64,000 nucleotides of DNA, from positions 45,448,001 to 45,512,000 of the forward strand of contig NC_087251.1 in NCBI RefSeq assembly GCF_037042905.1, given 5' to 3'. Below are positions 63,806 through 64,000 of this stretch, in pieces; the stretch's first letter is position 1, and each line of letters starts with the position of its first letter. Position numbers and translations under genes: made by a program. The stretch comes from Lytechinus pictus (Eukaryota). The notes under the pieces are model-generated. The model was not told the origin of the DNA. It saw nothing but the letters and a program-made list of their open reading frames with translations, and made no database searches.

Positions 63806-64000
63806 GAACTCCAAAACCATGGCCAGGTGGATGAGCCTGCTGTCTGTATATATAAACTGCCATTTTGCCCAACTTGCCAGTATTGTGCATCACATGGTCT
63901 TCACCATCAGTCATTGTAGTTTGTCAGGTTAACTTGCCTTTGTCTCGTTTAATTTTCTCAACTTTATCTCTCTTTTACTTCGTCTTTGATTGTGTATACC

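Overview
Eukaryotic, AT-rich, intron- and transposon-rich animal genomic DNA. The repeat families look echinoderm/sea-urchin-like, but that is inference only. Three protein-coding genes are supported. (1) The 5' part of an unidentified minus-strand gene, with a 2,053-nt low-complexity exon (587-2639) and candidate first exons up to 20612; it continues off the left edge. (2) A complete 7-exon minus-strand VTI1B (Qb-SNARE, 225 aa; ATG 55735, stop 30554). (3) A complete 7-coding-exon plus-strand ZNF839-like gene (about 1197 aa; 56030-63805), head-to-head with VTI1B with only 294 bp between the start codons. Non-coding DNA is dominated by non-autonomous DNA transposons recognisable from TIRs and TSDs (Kolobok-like TTAA, hAT 8 bp, Harbinger-like 3 bp, piggyBac-like, CACT-type, Helentron/HINE-like), plus a decayed LINE RT and a tRNA-derived SINE. 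The most notable structures are an apparent 13.7-kb TTAA-flanked element carrying nested elements that fills most of VTI1B intron 1, a VTI1B 3' region built from degenerate tandem copies of its own stop-codon segment, a duplication preserving filled and empty sites of one transposon, arrays of GCGC-GAA-GCGC mini-hairpins, and strong TACATGTA enrichment. I found no convincing evidence for a wholly new protein-based system.
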